Shown here piece after piece: positions 61,440 to 64,000 of a DNA stretch of 64,000 nt (positions within the stretch are counted from its first letter, which is position 1; each line of letters begins with the position of its first letter). Made by a program: the position numbers and the translations under genes. The notes beneath the pieces are model-generated. The model ran no database searches. It was not told the DNA's origin and worked only from the letters and a program-made list of their open reading frames with translations. Source of the stretch: Pocillopora damicornis. Its lineage: Eukaryota. The stretch lies in contig NW_020846693.1 in NCBI RefSeq assembly GCF_003704095.1, positions 186,001 to 250,000 of the forward strand. The letters are read 5' to 3'.

Positions 61440-64000
61440 TAGAGTATCTTTGAAGAAAAAAGACTTTTTCCCAGTATTTAATTCATTATGCGTTACTGAG
61501 ATATTTAATACAGATTGTACAAGTTCATTCATCGTTCTCCACGGTGAGCGAGGCTCCTAACAGAAGTCGTTATGAACAAAGGATATTTTTTTATTTTAAT
61601 AAAACTAGCGCTTTTTGTTGGTAATTTTATGAATGGTTCCCTACAAGATGAAATCTGTTTAAAATCTGTAACACCATGCAATCTGATTTACAGTGTCACC
61701 AACGTTTGCATTAGGGTTATAACTTTTGTGTAAATTTGCTTAGCTCTTTCAAAGAAAATTCAAATGGAGACAGCCCTGCAGGTAATGGCAACCAATTAAT
61801 CATATTTTGGGAAAAAGAGCTCAAATTTTGTTTGGCTGTATGCAATAGAGATAGATACGTATGGGTTTTTAATGGACGGGGGGGGGGGGGGGGGGGGGGG
61901 GGGGGATAGCTGCCTAGATTTTAAGCCCGCCTTAGTACGTAATATATGTTGTATCAACTGACTGCTTAGAGCATTGGTTTGTAATACTTACATTAACTTA
62001 GAAAGAAGTTAAAAACGGCATATCTTGAGTATATTTCAAGAAAGTGCAATAGCCATTCAAGTAATAGTTTGGATATTGATTAATTTATTTGAAATGGTAT
62101 ACGTAAAAGGCACGACAACTTGCCTGTCACAGATAGTAATCCCGTTAGTGGGTTTCTTTACTCTTCTCAAGTAAACCTAGTAAAATTACACGTTCAATGT
62201 ATTTCAGTCGTAGATTAGGTTTTAGCTACTCAGGTTACTTTCCAAGTAGGATCGCCTGTCCCCATTAGTGTGTCAATCGAGATTCGAAAAAAAAAGATCG
62301 AAGACTATGGACGGCTGCGTTATATTTCCCAATCAGTTTTCGGCATGGCATGTGTATCCCTTTGTAATTTCACTTTTCGCTGGATAACGGACAACTAAGT
62401 TACAATTATTCTCTCCTTGTAGCATCAATGAATTTACGGTGAATCGGATTGACATCATCCCAACGCTTTAGCTATATGAATCTATGTGAAATAGATTTAA
62501 CTGAATATTTATAGTAGTATTAATAGCACATTAGGGTCGGTAAAAAGCTATCTTTATTTCAAAAGGCGAGTGAACTTACTGGCCGGGGGAGGAGAGTAAG
62601 AAAGGGTCTCGTCCCAGATTTCCATGATACGACGTGATAGCTTTCTCCGCATTCACAAACAACATCCTGAAATAAAACAAATGAAAACATGGAAGCGTAC
62701 TGCTATTACCTTGTCAATACACTTGTCGAGCAAATTTTTCTTGAATTTTTCTTGTAAAGAAAGGAAAACGAATTTAATTTTCGTCTTTACTGAAAAGGTT
62801 AGACCCAGAATTTCGCCGGGAACCACAACGGGATTGCGCTGAGGTTCCCCCCGGAACCATTCCGGAAACCCACCCGATATCGCGCCGGGATACCACCAGC
62901 ATTGTGCCGGATTCCCCTGCCCGTCAACTCCTTGCAAGCATTCGAAAATTATTGGAATTTAACTGAATCAGGACGTGTTCTCAAAATTGCCCGATCAACT
63001 GCGCTGGCAGAATTTCCAAGACCTTGCCTTCCTAAACCTTACCTTTGAGTATGATGTGCTCACTTGAGAGGGAGGGCACATGGACCAAGATACAGCAATT
63101 TGTTCATGTGAACACTTATGCTGGGTGAAAACTTGAAATTTTTAGTGAAGTTCATTTTGGTAACTAAACCGAAATGTCTTACCTGAACATATATAGGGAG
63201 GACTGCCTTTCCTGCACTGCCGTGAGGGAATAGGTTGTACTCGTCTCCAGTGCCTCATCTGATTTAAACATGGCGGATGTATCTGTGTTGTCACTAGCTC
63301 TTTAGAAATATTTTACTTTATTTTCATTAACAGAGCGATTTATAGCCTCTTATATATAAGCAATGGATGATACTGTTAGTAAGTACAATTTTTGCTTAAT
63401 TCAGTGTATTGCAGTTTATTCTACTTAGAAAAGGAAACATCCTAAAACTATGTAGAGGGTGCGCGAACTTGACAACAAATATAGTCTGACGACCAAGACG
63501 CTCATATTACCGACTGCACTGTGCCAAAACATGCTCAAGAAATGAAGCAACCTCTTTTTCTGAACTACCGTATATCAATTATTGCGTATGCGCTGCAAGA
63601 TGTCATCACCCTTTCATCCCAAAGATTTCAACACAGTTTGACATGCAGGTCTTATGATTTGAGTTCTGTGAATGTAGTGATCAATCAAACCATGACCCTA
63701 ATTTGATGCTTTGCTAACCTTATAAAATGTTTTCTTGACAATGTGCTGATATTTTGTGGAGAAATTTCATATTGATCATACACAGGAATGAAAGGATTAA
63801 CAGTAAAAAGAGTTAGGAAATTTAAGGATAAAACATGACCCAGGAACCACATGAACCTTAGTGTCTTGTCATGCCTGTTATGTAATAATGTTTTTATTAC
63901 TCTGCCTGATCTTTTAGCTAATGCATTCTGGTTGTGCATTGTGTCTCTATTATGGGGCTCCACAAATCCTCTTATAAGACAAGGAAGTAAAGGGATAGAG

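Noticed and set aside
61878-61905. Long poly-G run (possible G-quadruplex)
   Set aside because: Homopolymer length unreliable; no supporting context
62653-63380. GC-rich 94-aa minus-strand ORF and nearby splice-like signals
   Set aside because: No recognisable protein; looks like a repeat or the promoter/first exon of a gene outside the window; cannot be supported

Overview
Eukaryotic, intron-rich, AT-rich genomic scaffold with several N gaps. Gene content and repeat families suggest an anthozoan, probably a stony coral (inference). Gene order: C6orf62 homolog (-, runs off the left edge) head-to-head with a FAXC/metaxin-type GST-fold gene (+); an intronless phytochelatin synthase (-) followed by gap-broken pieces of two more PCS paralogs; four alpha-tubulin genes (- - + +); a C2H2 zinc-finger gene (+); a 7-exon DEG/ENaC (ASIC-like) channel (-); two small tandem two-exon genes not shown intact in the ORF track, which look like paralogous neuropeptide precursors (signal peptide directly followed by pGlu-Leu-x6-Gly-Arg); an intron-containing tRNA-Ile(TAT) (-); MUL1 (+); merlin/NF2 (+). 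MITEs, a LINE 3' end and a Penelope-type repeat with a degenerate hammerhead core are interspersed. The best candidate for something new is the neuropeptide-precursor pair (predicted pQLSVSLPH-amide and pQLAHNFYA-amide) lying divergent from the DEG/ENaC gene. The second is the hidden three-copy PCS cluster. All gene models were spliced by eye and family assignments are from memory of the motifs; no searches were run.
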